Of a DNA stretch of 64,000 nucleotides, positions 63,894 to 64,000 are shown piece after piece. The stretch is from Microbacterium sp. Its GTDB lineage: Bacteria > Actinomycetota > Actinomycetes > Actinomycetales > Microbacteriaceae. Each line of letters begins with the position of its first letter. The first letter of the stretch is position 1. The position numbers were made by a program, and so were the translations under genes. The notes under the pieces are model-generated. The model saw nothing but the letters and a program-made list of their open reading frames with translations, ran no database searches and had not been told where the DNA came from. Where the stretch lies: contig QFPM01000004.1 of assembly GCA_003248655.1 (NCBI GenBank), forward strand, positions 121,354 through 185,353, written 5' to 3'.

Positions 63894-63899
63894 TAGACT
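63894..63899 (+). promoter_or_regulatory. candidate -10 hexamer (TAGACT), leaderless spacing
   Basis: 7 nt upstream of the ATG at 63907. Confidence 0.4.
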
Positions 63900-63906
63900 G
63901 AAGGGC

Positions 63907-64000
63907 ATGAGCGAGCCGTCGATCTTCACCCGCATCCTTCAGGGCGAGATCCCGTCCGAGATCATCGCCGAGACGGAGAACGCGTTCGCGATTCGCGATA
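63907..64000 (+). CDS. HIT family protein (3-prime truncated by window edge)
   Basis: MSEPSIFTRILQGEIPSEIIAETENAFAIRD matches the HIT N-terminal pattern. Confidence 0.75.
   Translation, partial: MSEPSIFTRILQGEIPSEIIAETENAFAIRD

Overview
About 64 kb of high-GC (roughly 70%) actinobacterial chromosome. Gene content, synteny and intergenic hairpin repeats look Microbacteriaceae-like, which is an inference. Everything here was done by eye from the sequence and the ORF track. Protein family calls rest on recognised motifs, not on searches. Start codons were chosen from overlaps, signal peptides or family-typical N-termini.

I support about 58 protein genes, 1 tRNA and several repeat families. Most of the long Arg/Pro/Gly-rich ORFs in the track are antisense or out-of-frame shadows of real genes.

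Core content, left to right:
- aminotransferase and MFS transporter
- an IdeR-box-controlled siderophore-interacting protein plus Fe-siderophore ABC operon
- bioY, an ABC-F ATPase, and a DUF3099 / small Cys protein / SURF1 operon
- fabG, serB, divergent glgC/glgA, and rpmE2 (Cys-less L31)
- a Sir2 / histidine phosphatase pair, TrmH, an SGNH hydrolase, a helicase, a VIT-family transporter and tRNA-Leu(GAG)
- a block syntenic with the mycobacterial proteasome neighbourhood: M20 peptidase, uppP, PAC2, HAD, trmI, FKBP, pafB, pafC, tatA, tatC, helY. The arc-dop-pup-prcBA-pafA segment is missing from it.
- rpsT, a 1.58k-aa extracellular nuclease / 5-prime-nucleotidase fusion, lepA, DUF1990, hemW, CIRCE-hrcA-dnaJ-rsmE, and the start of a HIT gene

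Accessory or unusual parts:
1. A DUF222/HNH gene at 17.5-19.0 kb.
2. A lower-GC island at 19.8-24.7 kb. It carries two tandem lipoprotein paralogs that share a 120-nt near-identical block and are both frame-broken right after it. It also carries a 1209-aa secreted cutinase-vWA-Ig multidomain protein.
3. A ParDE module just downstream of tRNA-Leu.
4. Three intergenic repeat families. One is a tandem A-B-C-C hairpin array at 61.7-63.8 kb, split exactly in one A-B spacer by a 1.59-kb DUF222/HNH pseudogene element.
5. A strong, orientation-independent excess of the heptamer GGCATCC/GGATGCC in core DNA. The 19.8-24.7 kb island lacks it.

No CRISPR array, rRNA, transposase or integrase, or recognisable defence operon was seen.
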